NCBI GenBank assembly: GCA_035285125.1
Contig: JAYKHR010000066.1
Coordinates: 128,001 to 192,000, forward strand
DNA from: Candidatus Sericytochromatia bacterium
Lineage (GTDB): Bacteria > Cyanobacteriota > Sericytochromatia > S15B-MN24 > JAQBPE01
DNA length: 64,000 nt
Direction of reading: 5' to 3'
The notes beneath the pieces were generated by a model. That model did no database searches. It was given only the letters and a program-made list of their open reading frames with translations, and was not told the origin of the DNA. The position numbers and the translations under genes are program-made. Below, in pieces: positions 54,278 through 63,705 of the stretch (within the stretch, counting starts at the first letter, position 1; every line of letters starts with the position of its first letter).

Positions 54278-55990
54278 CTACTCCTTCTTCCCGCCCGCGG
54301 GCTCTGCAAGCGCCTGCTGCAGCGGCACCACCTCCCAGTCGTACACGTTCCAGAGGTTGCCCGCGCTCGACGGGTTGGGTTTGAAGTGCCTCAGGCGCCT
54401 GCTCACGGGGTCCAGCTGGGACCAGTACAGCAGCGGGATCATTGGCAGCTCCTCGGCGAGGATTTCGGACGTGCGCGCGTAAATTTGCTGCCGATCTGCG
54501 CGCCGAATGGATTTCGTGCCCCGCTCCAGCAGGTCGTCCATCTCCTTGTTGCGGAACTGGACGTGGTTCTGGCCGGCCGGCGGGATCTGGCTGCTGTGCC
54601 AGAGCGCGAAGTTGTCAGGGTCTGGGCCCGCGGACCAGGCCGACATCCCGAGGTCAAACTTGAAGCCCTTCAAGATGCCGCTGGGATGGCCGCCAAAGAG
54701 GATCGGGCCAGGGTGGTTGTCGATCAGGATCTCGATGCCCACCTTCTTGAGGTAGTACTTGAGGACCAACTCGGTGAGTTCGCGCGTTTTGCGGCCGGCG
54801 GTGGTCGAGACCTTGATGACGAAGCGCTGGCCGTCCTTGCTACGGATGCCGTCGAGGCCGGGTCGCCAACCTGCCTCGTCCAGCAAGGTCCGCGCCCGGG
54901 CAGGGTCGTACGGGTAGCGGTCCTCCACGGCCTTGTTGTAGGCCCAAGAGAGCGGCGCCAGGTCAGAGTGAGCCACGGCATAGAGCCCCTGGTAGATCTT
55001 CTCGGAGATCTGCTTCTTGTTGATGGCGTGAGCGATGGCCCGCCGGACCCGGAGGTCCTGGAAGACGGGGCGCCCGAGGTTGAAATCGAGGTGCTCCCAC
55101 GTGAGAGACGCCAGCGGCTCGAGGTCGATGTGGGCCAGCTTCCTGAGGGCTTCGTACTGGTTGATGCTGGCGCTTTGGTAGAGGTCGAGTTCCCCGGATT
55201 TCAACAACGTGAAGGCCGCATTCTCGTCGGGCACAATACGCATCCGCAGGGCGTCAAGCTTAGGACGGCCGCGCCAGTAGCGGTCATAGGCAACCATCGT
55301 GATGTGGTCGCCCGAGACCCACTCTTTGAACTTGAACGGCCCAGTACCGATGGGCGCCCGGTTGAAAGGGGCCTGGTTGATGGAGTCACCGTTCGGGTCA
55401 ACCAGGTAGCGCGCCAGGACGTGGCGGGGAAGGATGGCCCCGCCCCCGGAGAACAGCAGGTCGTGCGGGGCGTAGATCTGCTTGAAATGGAAGCGGATGC
55501 GGTGAGGCCCGAGGATCTCCACGCGTTCGATCTTGTCGAAGCCGTCCCGGCTCGTGACCCGGGTCTTGGGGTGCATGATGACATCCAGCGTGAACTTGAC
55601 GTCTTCAGCCGTGAAAGGCTGCCCGTCGTGCCATGTCACGCCCTCTCGCAGCTTCCACGTCACGGCCATTCGCTGCCCCTGGACCACCACGCCCCCGTTC
55701 TCCACGGTGGGAATCTCGGTGGCAAGGACCGGCACGACCTCGAGTTTGTCCGTCACGGTGACGAGCCCCTCCTGGATGGGACGCAGCGCGTCGGAGGTCG
55801 CCACCATGTCCGAGATGAGCGCGTTCAGGGCGTCAGGCTCCTGCTGCTGGTGGAACACCACCACCCGACCGTTGTCGACGAGCTTCGAGTCTCGCGCGCA
55901 GCCTCCAGCGGCGAGCACAGGCAGGGCCAAGCCGACGAAAACAGCCAGGCAAGCGTGCAGGGGGCGCCGGGCGAGGAGGGTCGGGGGCAT
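54278..55990 (-). CDS. Peptide ABC transporter substrate-binding lipoprotein (family 5)
   Basis: LAAGGC lipobox-like; LREGVTWHDGQPFTAEDVKFT, PIGTGPFK, VRRAIAHAIN, YDP..A..LLDEAGW. Confidence 0.93.
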   Translation of the reverse strand: MPPTLLARRPLHACLAVFVGLALPVLAAGGCARDSKLVDNGRVVVFHQQQEPDALNALISDMVATSDALRPIQEGLVTVTDKLEVVPVLATEIPTVENGGVVVQGQRMAVTWKLREGVTWHDGQPFTAEDVKFTLDVIMHPKTRVTSRDGFDKIERVEILGPHRIRFHFKQIYAPHDLLFSGGGAILPRHVLARYLVDPNGDSINQAPFNRAPIGTGPFKFKEWVSGDHITMVAYDRYWRGRPKLDALRMRIVPDENAAFTLLKSGELDLYQSASINQYEALRKLAHIDLEPLASLTWEHLDFNLGRPVFQDLRVRRAIAHAINKKQISEKIYQGLYAVAHSDLAPLSWAYNKAVEDRYPYDPARARTLLDEAGWRPGLDGIRSKDGQRFVIKVSTTAGRKTRELTELVLKYYLKKVGIEILIDNHPGPILFGGHPSGILKGFKFDLGMSAWSAGPDPDNFALWHSSQIPPAGQNHVQFRNKEMDDLLERGTKSIRRADRQQIYARTSEILAEELPMIPLLYWSQLDPVSRRLRHFKPNPSSAGNLWNVYDWEVVPLQQALAEPAGGKKE

Positions 55991-55997
55991 GGCCGCG

Positions 55998-57050
55998 TCA
56001 GGTCTCCTGCGGGGCGTCGTGCGCCATCGGCACCGTCCGGGTCAACTCGGTGGCTGTGCCCGGTTGCGCGTCATAAAGGTGGCAGGCCACGAAGTGCTGG
56101 TTGCCGAGGTCCTGGAAGGCCGGCACACGGGTCCGACACGCGTCCATCGCGTGCGGGCAGCGCGTGTGGAAGACGCAGCCAGAGGGCGGGTTCGTGGGGC
56201 TGGGGATGTCGCCCTGGAGGATGATCCGCTTCTTGGTGCGCTCGCGCATCTCGATCGGGTCAGGCACCGGGACGGCCGAAAGCAAGGCCTGGGTGTAGGG
56301 GTGCTTGGGGTTCGCGTAGAGGTCTTCGGAAGAGGCGAGCTCCATCATGGACCCCAGGTACATCACCGCCACCCGGTCTGAGATGTGTTGCACCGTGCTG
56401 AGGTTGTGGGCGATGAACAGGTAGGTGAGGCCGAACTCGGCCTGCAGGTCGTCGAGCAGGTTGAGCACCTGGGCCTGCACGGAGACGTCGAGCGCCGAGA
56501 CGGGCTCGTCGGCAACGATGAACCGGGGGTTGATCGCCAGGGCCCGGGCGATGCCGATTCGCTGGCGCTGGCCACCACTGAACTCGTGCGGATAGCGGTC
56601 GGCGTAGATCGGGTTGAGGCCGACACGGTCGAGCAGCTCGCGCACCCGCTTGTGCAACGCGTCGCCCGTGTGCGTGCCGTGGACGCGCAGCGGCTCTGCG
56701 ATCGAGTCGCCCACAGTCATGCGGGGGTCGAGCGAGGCGTAGGGGTTCTGGAAGACAATCTGCATATCCCGGCGCAGCTCGCGAAGCTCCCGCTTGTTCA
56801 TTGCGAGCACGTCGCGCCCTTCGAATGACACCTGGCCCGAGGTTGGCTCGATCAGCCGCAAGATCAGGCGCCCCGTGGTCGACTTGCCGCAACCGGACTC
56901 GCCGACCAGCCCGAGGGTCTCGCCCTTCCGGATGCTGAACGACAAGCCGTTGACAGCCTTCACGGCACCAACCTGTCGCTGGAACAGGATCCCGCGGTTG
57001 ATCGGGAAGTGCTTGACGAGGTTCTTGACCTCGATTAGGGTCTCGGACAC
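55998..57050 (-). CDS. Peptide ABC transporter ATPase (OppF/AppF-like)
   Basis: [38 protein letters not shown]. Confidence 0.95.
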   Translation of the reverse strand: MSETLIEVKNLVKHFPINRGILFQRQVGAVKAVNGLSFSIRKGETLGLVGESGCGKSTTGRLILRLIEPTSGQVSFEGRDVLAMNKRELRELRRDMQIVFQNPYASLDPRMTVGDSIAEPLRVHGTHTGDALHKRVRELLDRVGLNPIYADRYPHEFSGGQRQRIGIARALAINPRFIVADEPVSALDVSVQAQVLNLLDDLQAEFGLTYLFIAHNLSTVQHISDRVAVMYLGSMMELASSEDLYANPKHPYTQALLSAVPVPDPIEMRERTKKRIILQGDIPSPTNPPSGCVFHTRCPHAMDACRTRVPAFQDLGNQHFVACHLYDAQPGTATELTRTVPMAHDAPQET

Positions 57051-58043
57051 TTACTTCGTCTCCTTCGCCGCCCCGGCCTCGCGGGACAACCAGCAGCGCA
57101 CCAGGTGGCCGGGCTCCGAGGTCTCCAGCTTGGGGGCCTCCGCACACTTGGCCCACGCGTGCGGGCAGCGGGGCCCAAAGGAGCACCCGGGCGGCAGCCT
57201 CGACAAGCTCGGGGGCTGACCCTCGATGGGCGTCAGGCGCTCCTGACGAACGCCCAACTGCGGAATGGAAGCCAAGAGGCCCTGGGTGTAGGGATGCTGA
57301 GGGCTCCTGAAGATCGTCTCCACGTCGGTGTACTCAACCACCTTGCCCGCGTACATCACGGCGACGGTGTCGCACAACTCCGCCACCACGCCAAGGTCGT
57401 GCGTAATCATGATAACGGCCGCGTTGTTGCGGTCGCGAATGTCTCGCATCAGGTCGAGGATCTGAGCCTGGATGGTGACGTCGAGGGCCGTGGTGGGCTC
57501 GTCCGCGATCAGGAGGTCAGGCTCGCACGAGAGCGCCATCGCAATGACCACGCGCTGGCGCATGCCCCCTGAAAACTGGTGGGGGTAGTCGTCGATGCGG
57601 GTCGCAGCGCTGGGAATGCCGACCCGCTCCAGCATCTCGATCGCCTTCTGCCGAGCGGCCGCCTTGGGCAGCTTCTGGTGCAGGATGATGGCCTCCATGA
57701 TCTGATCGCCCACCGTGAGCACCGGATTCAAGGAGGTCATGGGGTCTTGCGAGATGAGTGCGATGCGGTTGCCTCGGATCTCGCGCATCTTGTCCGTAGG
57801 GAGTTGCAGCAGGTCCTGGCCGTTGAAGAGAATTTGGCCATCGATGATCTTGCCCTGGGGCTCCGCGACGAGCCGCATGATCGACAGCGACGTGATGGAC
57901 TTGCCGCAACCAGATTCCCCGACGATACCAAGGATGCCCCCACGAGGGATCTCGAAATCGACGCCGTCCACGGCCTTCACCACCCCCTCCTCCGTAAAGA
58001 AGTGGGTCTTGAGTCCGGACACTTTCAGCAGGGGCTCGGCCAC
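57051..58043 (-). CDS. Peptide ABC transporter ATPase (OppD/AppD-like)
   Basis: [37 protein letters not shown]; start GTG 58043. Confidence 0.95.
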   Translation of the reverse strand: MAEPLLKVSGLKTHFFTEEGVVKAVDGVDFEIPRGGILGIVGESGCGKSITSLSIMRLVAEPQGKIIDGQILFNGQDLLQLPTDKMREIRGNRIALISQDPMTSLNPVLTVGDQIMEAIILHQKLPKAAARQKAIEMLERVGIPSAATRIDDYPHQFSGGMRQRVVIAMALSCEPDLLIADEPTTALDVTIQAQILDLMRDIRDRNNAAVIMITHDLGVVAELCDTVAVMYAGKVVEYTDVETIFRSPQHPYTQGLLASIPQLGVRQERLTPIEGQPPSLSRLPPGCSFGPRCPHAWAKCAEAPKLETSEPGHLVRCWLSREAGAAKETK

Positions 58044-58101
58044 GCGGCTTCCTCTCGGGGGGATCGGCCTGACGAGCGGAACGACAGGCACAACGGCGTT
58101 T

Positions 58102-58142
58102 GATACCGCGGCATTATACCCTGCGCGGGATGGCGGTATCCA
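58102..58142 (-). promoter_or_regulatory. Putative promoter of the peptide ABC operon with flanking inverted repeat
   Basis: TATAAT on the minus strand (58113-58118), bracketed by GATACCGC (58102-58109) and GCGGTATC (58133-58140). Confidence 0.55.
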
Positions 58143-58224
58143 AGCGAGGCAGGCAGCCTGGGGCACAGGAGCCGTTATGGTCCACCACACGGACCCGGCC
58201 CCCTCGGAGGGGTACGATGGCGTC

Positions 58225-58815
58225 GTGACGCGCCGTTGCCTCCGCTGCCTGCTCGCCTGGACCCTCGCCTGGGGCGGGGGCGGCACCGCGGCCTTCGCGG
58301 CCGCTCCCCCTCTGGTGCTCGCCCCCGCTGAGCCGCTGGCGGTCCCCGACGGCTGGTCCGTGGCCGCCGACGTGGCCCTTCCGACCGCCGTGGGCTGGCT
58401 GGCGTGGCGGGGGCTTCAGGCCGCCGGGCCGGCCCTCACCCCGGACGCCGCGTTCGGTGGTGGCCTGGCATCCGGCCTGCTCGGCGGGGCCCTTGCCGCC
58501 TGCGTGGCTGCCCCACCCGCGGCCCTGGTGGCCCTGCGGGAACGCCCCTTCACCCTCGACGTTGCCGCGGCCTCGGCGACGGGCGGGCTGTTGGGGATGG
58601 CTGCGGCCCTGGGCATCACGCGCGTGTTGGCGCCGGGCGACGCCGGGTGGTTGGTCACGGGGCTCGCACTGGGCCAGGGGCTCGGGGCGGCCTCCGCATT
58701 CCACCTCTATCGCACCTCCAAGGGGGAGGCGCGTGACCTGGACCGCCTTCCGGCAAGGCGAACGGACGACCCCATCGACGACTGGAAGTTCTGGCGGGAG
58801 CGACGCAACCCATGA
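58225..58815 (+). CDS. Hypothetical Gly/Ala-rich membrane protein
   Basis: Signal-like start, several hydrophobic segments; ATGA overlap with next gene; start inferred. Confidence 0.5.
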   Translation: MTRRCLRCLLAWTLAWGGGGTAAFAAAPPLVLAPAEPLAVPDGWSVAADVALPTAVGWLAWRGLQAAGPALTPDAAFGGGLASGLLGGALAACVAAPPAALVALRERPFTLDVAAASATGGLLGMAAALGITRVLAPGDAGWLVTGLALGQGLGAASAFHLYRTSKGEARDLDRLPARRTDDPIDDWKFWRERRNP

Positions 58816-59753
58816 CCCACAGGCTGTACCGCCCCCTGGCGACCTTGCTAGCCACGGCCTGCCTTGCCGCCTGGCCGGCCGGCTCCGCGCGGGCCTGGAG
58901 CACCATCGAGGACCACCTCCCGCGGTTCCTGGTCTCGGTCGGCGAAGGGTCAGGCTACGCCTGGGCTTCCTGGGAGGCCGCCCACGCCAGGGAGCTGGAC
59001 GCGCAGTTCTACCGGGGCCAGTCCCCTTCCCAGAAGCTGCTGCTGGCTCGAAAAAACAGTGGGCGCTGGGTTCCCGTGCCGCAGCTGGCTTACTTCTCCC
59101 AACGCTGGCAGACCGACTTCGAGACCGTGGCAGCCCGCCTGGAGCCGCTCACCGGGCTCGCGGATCTGCGGGTGACGATGTGGTACGCGATGGACGGGCG
59201 TCCCTGGGTCTTCAGTCACGCGGAGGGGCGCCCGACGCTGGCCCTGAACGCGCGGCACATGTTGCCGTACCACCCGGTGCAGACGCGGCTGAAGTTCTCG
59301 CATGCGCTGTTCGACGCGCTGGCCACCGACCAACCGGATGAGCACCCGGAGCGCATGACGCTCTCCCGGCGGCTTCAGGTGGAGGGGTTGCGGCTCGCGA
59401 TGGCCCGACGGGCGGTGCCGGGCCTGCCCTTCCACGACTACTTGGGGGCCGGCCCCTACCAGCAGCGCGGCTGGCAGCAGGCGACGCCAACGATCGCCAG
59501 GGCGCTGATGCTGGCCCTGGACGGCCCCGAAAGTGCCCTCCACATGGAACACTTCTTCGGCAAGGGCTACGGCATGCCCTGGCCGACGGGCGCGGGCCGC
59601 TACATCGCCTTCATCCTCGCGGCAGGGGCCGGACAGGAGCGCAACCCCGTCGAACTCGGCCGCATGCCCAGCCGCGACTACATGTTTCTGGTGCGTGGGG
59701 TGCTCGAGGACCTCGCGGCCTCGGGGAACGTCGGGGCGCGGCCGCCCTACTGA
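58812..59753 (+). CDS. Hypothetical secreted protein (possibly degenerate DUF2268-like zincin)
   Basis: Signal peptide ending ARA; HALFD...VEGL...GRYIAF spacing. Confidence 0.55.
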   Translation: MTHRLYRPLATLLATACLAAWPAGSARAWSTIEDHLPRFLVSVGEGSGYAWASWEAAHARELDAQFYRGQSPSQKLLLARKNSGRWVPVPQLAYFSQRWQTDFETVAARLEPLTGLADLRVTMWYAMDGRPWVFSHAEGRPTLALNARHMLPYHPVQTRLKFSHALFDALATDQPDEHPERMTLSRRLQVEGLRLAMARRAVPGLPFHDYLGAGPYQQRGWQQATPTIARALMLALDGPESALHMEHFFGKGYGMPWPTGAGRYIAFILAAGAGQERNPVELGRMPSRDYMFLVRGVLEDLAASGNVGARPPY

Positions 59754-60391
59754 CGCCCCCGCATAGCCCGGTGCAGGGCAAGCAGCGGCGTGAGCTGCGC
59801 GTCGGACAAAAGACGTCCTCCGCCCAGTTGCTCCGCGAAGAGGGCCACCTCGCAGAGGTGCTCCAGCTTCTCCAGCTTGTGGTAGGCCTCCCACACGTCG
59901 GGCCCGAGGCAAACAGCCCCGTGCCACTCCATCATCACGACGTCGTGCCGCGCGAGCACGGGGCCCAAGGCGGCGGGCACCTCCGCGGTGGTGGGGGTGG
60001 TGTAGGGCACGGTGGGCACGTCACCGCCGAACGACACCACGACCTCCGGCAGCATCCTGCCGGGGATGGGCCGCCCGGCCACGGTGAAGGCGATGGCCCG
60101 GGGCGGGTGGCCGTGAACGACGGCGCCCACGTCCGGCCGCCGCGCATAGGCCTCCGTGTGGAGGGCCATCTCGGAGCTGGCCGCGCCGCGTCCCTGCACC
60201 CGCCCGGCGAGATCCGTCACGATGAGATCCTCGGCGGCGAGGCGGCCCTTGGCCACCCCCGTGGGCGTGACCAGGATGCGGCTGCCGAGCCTGATGCTCA
60301 CGTTGCCGTCAGTGGCCGCGAGGAAGCCCTTCCCGTACATCGCGCGGCACACCTCGACGATGGCCCGCCGCGCCTGCCACTCGGTGGTCAC
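59747..60391 (-). CDS. Class II aldolase/adducin family protein (fuculose-1-phosphate aldolase-like), BMC-associated
   Basis: ATDGNVSIR, TPTG..KG, SSEMALH, VVHGHP, HG metal ligands. Confidence 0.9.
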   Translation of the reverse strand: MTTEWQARRAIVEVCRAMYGKGFLAATDGNVSIRLGSRILVTPTGVAKGRLAAEDLIVTDLAGRVQGRGAASSEMALHTEAYARRPDVGAVVHGHPPRAIAFTVAGRPIPGRMLPEVVVSFGGDVPTVPYTTPTTAEVPAALGPVLARHDVVMMEWHGAVCLGPDVWEAYHKLEKLEHLCEVALFAEQLGGGRLLSDAQLTPLLALHRAMRGRQ

Positions 60392-60666
60392 GGCGCAGAC
60401 TGGAGGTCCACGGCATCCACGATGCCGGCCACCGCGGCGTGGATCGGGGCCTCTCCCGCGTCCACCAGGAGGCGGGCGCTGCCTCCCTCTCGGTTGACGA
60501 GGACCAGGTCCCCGACGCCCGCCTGCACGTGGGCCACGGCATAGAACGCGGCCCCCTTGGCCTGCCCCTCCGGCGTGACGGGCTGCACCAGCAGGATGCG
60601 ATGCCCGACGTAGGCCGGGTGTTTCTGGGTGGCGACCAGCGTGCCTTCGACGCGGGCAAGCAACAT
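60388..60666 (-). CDS. BMC vertex protein (BMC-P, EutN/CcmL family)
   Basis: MLLARVEGTLVATQKH...AGVGDLVLV..EGGSAR...PIHAAVAGIVD; GGGAGG RBS. Confidence 0.9.
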   Translation of the reverse strand: MLLARVEGTLVATQKHPAYVGHRILLVQPVTPEGQAKGAAFYAVAHVQAGVGDLVLVNREGGSARLLVDAGEAPIHAAVAGIVDAVDLQSAP

Positions 60667-60679
60667 AGTGACGCCTCCC

Positions 60680-60946
60680 TCAGCCCTGGTGGACGGCATC
60701 CACGATGCCGACGACGGCCACGTCCACGGCCGCATCTGGGTTGTCCAGCGCCATCGCCGCCTCCTTGCCAAGCACGCAGAAGGCGCGCTCGCCCACCCCG
60801 GCGCCCACGGCATCGACGGCCACCACCGGCTCTCCCTCGGCCCGGCCGTCCGCGTCGACCGGCTGCACGAGCAGCAGCTTCACGCCCCGCAAGGCGGCCT
60901 GTTTGTCGGTCGCCACGACCGTCCCGATCACGTTGGCCACGAACAT
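60680..60946 (-). CDS. BMC vertex protein (BMC-P, EutN/CcmL family)
   Basis: MFVANVIGTVVATDK...VAVDAVGAGVGE...VDVAVVGIVD. Confidence 0.92.
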   Translation of the reverse strand: MFVANVIGTVVATDKQAALRGVKLLLVQPVDADGRAEGEPVVAVDAVGAGVGERAFCVLGKEAAMALDNPDAAVDVAVVGIVDAVHQG

Positions 60947-60958
60947 CGTCAGCTCCTG

Positions 60959-61534
60959 TCAGGTTCCCTGCCCAGCGTCGCCGGGGCGCAGCACGTCGAG
61001 GAAATCCTCGTGGGGGTTCGGCACCAGCACCCGCCGAACCCGGGCGGCTGTGGCGAGCCCAGGACCGTCCGCGGCGTCAAGGGCTGCCTCGACCTCGCTG
61101 TGGGTCCCCGTCACCGTGAAGTAAAGCTTGCCACCGATGCCCCTGGCTACCCGCAAGTTGACCAGACTCACGGCCGCCGCCTTGAGCGCGGCGTCGATCG
61201 CCAGCAGCCCGGAGGCCACGGTGTGGACCTCATAGATGCCCACTGCGTCCAGCGCGACGGCAGGGAAGCAACCCTCCAGCGCGGGCAGGACCTGGTCGTG
61301 GACCTGCGGCAGCAGAAGGGTGTCAACCACCTCACCGTCAGCCGCGTCCAGCGCCGCCTGGTGGCTCTCTTCGACGCTCGCCACGTCGCCCCCGAAGAGC
61401 ACCAGGAACTTGCCCGGGCTCACGGCCTCGGCGCGCAGCAGGCGGACAGGCGCCTTCTTCACCAGCACATCGCACAGGAACAGGCCCTGAGCAATGCTGG
61501 CGACCTCCAGCAGGGCGATGGCGGGGTGGATCAT
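60959..61534 (-). CDS. BMC tandem-domain shell protein (BMC-T single layer, PduT-like)
   Basis: Two BMC repeats: ALLEVASIAQG...D..VK.A.V...SPGKF...GDVASV and GIYEV..VA......DAALKAA.V.......GIGGK. Confidence 0.88.
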   Translation of the reverse strand: MIHPAIALLEVASIAQGLFLCDVLVKKAPVRLLRAEAVSPGKFLVLFGGDVASVEESHQAALDAADGEVVDTLLLPQVHDQVLPALEGCFPAVALDAVGIYEVHTVASGLLAIDAALKAAAVSLVNLRVARGIGGKLYFTVTGTHSEVEAALDAADGPGLATAARVRRVLVPNPHEDFLDVLRPGDAGQGT

Positions 61535-61543
61535 GCCATCGTC

Positions 61544-63004
61544 CTAGACGATCCGGAACGCATCCTGGAGCACACAGCGGCGCTCCTTCGTGAAGTTCCT
61601 GGCCGAGGTGCAGCCCTCGCCCGTGGGCCCCGCGATGGTCCACGCCGTGGGCGCCTCGGAGCCCGCGCCGAGCCCGGCAATCGAGGGCCCGTTCTTCACA
61701 AAGATGGCGGTGTTGATGAGCCGCGCCATCTTGCTGAGCTTCTCGATGTTGCGCGAGTGCATGCAGGCCGTGTGGCCCCGCCCCCCCTCGAGCTCGATGG
61801 CCAGCTCGATCGCCTCGTCCACGTCCCGCACCCGCGTGATGGGGAAGACGGGCATGAGCTGCTCCGTCCAGAGCAGCGGGTGGTTGCGGTTGACCTCCAC
61901 GATGGCGAGGCGGCAACGGTCCGGGTCGACGCTCACGCCGATCGCCGCGAGGATCTCGCTCGCGTTCTTGCCCACGCAGTGCTTGTTGACCACGGCCTCT
62001 TTGCCCGGGCCGTTGTCCTTGCTGAAGATGTGAGCGAAGAGCTTGTCGTGGAGGTGGGCCGGCACCTCGTAAGCCCCGCAGCGCTTGAGCTCCTCCTTCA
62101 GGCGGTCCGCCACGGACGCCACCACCACGCACTCCTTCTCCAGGGTGCAGATGAGGTTGTTGTCGAAGGACGCGCCCTTGTAGATGGCACGCGCCGCTCG
62201 CTCCAGATCAGCGGTCTCGTCCACCACCACGGGCGGGTTGCCCGGGCCGCCGGCGATGACCTTCTTGTTGCTCTGCAGCGCGGCTTTGACCACGTGGGGC
62301 CCGCCCGTGACGACGAGCATGTTGACGCCCCTGGCGTTCATCAGCGCGTTGGCCGTGTCGATGGTCGGCGTGTCGATCGTCGTGATGAGGTTGGCGGGAC
62401 CGCCAACGGAGACGATCGCCTGGTCGATGAGCGCCGCCGAGCGGTTCGAGACCTGGCGGGCCGACGGGTGCGCGTTGAAGATGGCCCCGTTGCCCGCTGA
62501 GATGAAGCTGATGGCGTTGTTGAAGACGGTGTCTGCCGGGTTGGTTGTGGGGGTGATGGCCCCGATGACCCCGTAAGGCGCCATCTCGATGAGCACGAGG
62601 CCGTGGTCGCCAGACCACACCCGACGCCGGGAGTCGAGGTCCTCAGGCCCTGGCGTCTTGTCGAGCACCAGTCGCAACTTCTCGAGCTTGTCATCCCAGC
62701 GCCCGATGCCCGTCTCCTGAACCGCAAAGCGGCTCAGCTCCTCGGCGTGCTGGTGGCCGATGGCCCGGATGGCCGCGACGGCCTTGTGCCGAAGCTCCAG
62801 GCTGGCCATGGCCCAGGCGCGCTGAGCCTCTCGGGTGGCCGCCACGGCTGCCTCCACGGTGCCGAAGGCGTTGCCGCCGCTGGCGGGGCTGGCCGCTGCG
62901 GCTCGCGGACCGGCCGGGGCCGCAGGCAGCGTGCCGTCCGCCTGCAAGCGCTGTACGACCTGGCTGACCAGCTCGCGAACCTGTCCCTCGTTGACCTGGC
63001 TCAT
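61544..63004 (-). CDS. Acylating aldehyde dehydrogenase (EutE/PduP-like) with N-terminal encapsulation peptide
   Basis: PYGVIGAITPTTNP, TGGP.VV, GGPGNPPVVVDETAD, SFDNNLIC (catalytic Cys), EQLMP, TIAGPTGEG; N-terminal helix plus Ala/Pro linker. Confidence 0.93.
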   Translation of the reverse strand: MSQVNEGQVRELVSQVVQRLQADGTLPAAPAGPRAAAASPASGGNAFGTVEAAVAATREAQRAWAMASLELRHKAVAAIRAIGHQHAEELSRFAVQETGIGRWDDKLEKLRLVLDKTPGPEDLDSRRRVWSGDHGLVLIEMAPYGVIGAITPTTNPADTVFNNAISFISAGNGAIFNAHPSARQVSNRSAALIDQAIVSVGGPANLITTIDTPTIDTANALMNARGVNMLVVTGGPHVVKAALQSNKKVIAGGPGNPPVVVDETADLERAARAIYKGASFDNNLICTLEKECVVVASVADRLKEELKRCGAYEVPAHLHDKLFAHIFSKDNGPGKEAVVNKHCVGKNASEILAAIGVSVDPDRCRLAIVEVNRNHPLLWTEQLMPVFPITRVRDVDEAIELAIELEGGRGHTACMHSRNIEKLSKMARLINTAIFVKNGPSIAGLGAGSEAPTAWTIAGPTGEGCTSARNFTKERRCVLQDAFRIV

Positions 63005-63047
63005 GGATCACCCCCGCCCCGCGAGGCGCCGGGGCGCCCCGCCAACC

Positions 63048-63362
63048 TCACGCCTCGGCCACGATGACCGGGCGGTCCTTCTGGTAGCGAACCTCGCCCT
63101 CGACCTCCCAGGTGTCGACGATCGCCATGACCGTCGCGTCGATGGGCCGACCGTCCGTCGCGTCCGTCTGCCGCGCCGAGGAGCCGGTGGCATACAAGAC
63201 GTACTCGCCGGGCCCAGCCCCCACCGCATCCGCGGCGATGACATAGGGCCCGGCCGGCTGCCCGTGAAGGTCCACCTGGCGAACGACGAGGAACTTGAAG
63301 CCCGTGAGCCGCTCGTCCTTCTGGCTCGAGACAACGGTCCCGGCCACCACGCCGATCAGCAT
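63048..63362 (-). CDS. BMC vertex protein (BMC-P, EutN/CcmL family)
   Basis: V.GTVVSSQK...[19 protein letters not shown]......[11 protein letters not shown]. Confidence 0.93.
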   Translation of the reverse strand: MLIGVVAGTVVSSQKDERLTGFKFLVVRQVDLHGQPAGPYVIAADAVGAGPGEYVLYATGSSARQTDATDGRPIDATVMAIVDTWEVEGEVRYQKDRPVIVAEA

Positions 63363-63364
63363 GG

Positions 63365-63658
63365 TCAGGCCTTGGCGGCGTCGGCGCGGCCGAGCGGCAG
63401 CACGCGATCGACGTTGGAGTGCGGGCGGGCGATGACGTGCACGGCGACCACGCTGCCGACCTTCTCGGCTGCGCGCGCGCCGGCCTCGGTGGCCGCCCGC
63501 ACCGCCGCGACGTCTCCGCGGACCACGGCCGTGACGAAGCCGCCGCCGGTCTTCTCGTAGCCAGTGAGTTCGACCTTGGCGGCCTTCACCATCGCGTCGG
63601 CTGCCTCGACGAGGGCGGCAAAGCTGTTGGTCTCGATCATGCCGAGGGCGTCAGACAT
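63365..63658 (-). CDS. BMC hexameric shell protein (BMC-H)
   Basis: ALGMIET...[14 protein letters not shown]...[21 protein letters not shown]...HVIARPH; AAGGAG RBS. Confidence 0.96.
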   Translation of the reverse strand: MSDALGMIETNSFAALVEAADAMVKAAKVELTGYEKTGGGFVTAVVRGDVAAVRAATEAGARAAEKVGSVVAVHVIARPHSNVDRVLPLGRADAAKA

Positions 63659-63676
63659 CTGGGTTCTCCTTCAACT

Positions 63677-63703
63677 ACAGGGGGGACGAAACAGGGGGGA
63701 CGA
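63677..63703. repeat. Perfect 13-bp tandem direct repeat in the BMC-T/BMC-H intergenic spacer
   Basis: ACAGGGGGGACGA at 63677-63689 and 63691-63703. Confidence 0.85.
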
Positions 63704-63705
63704 GG

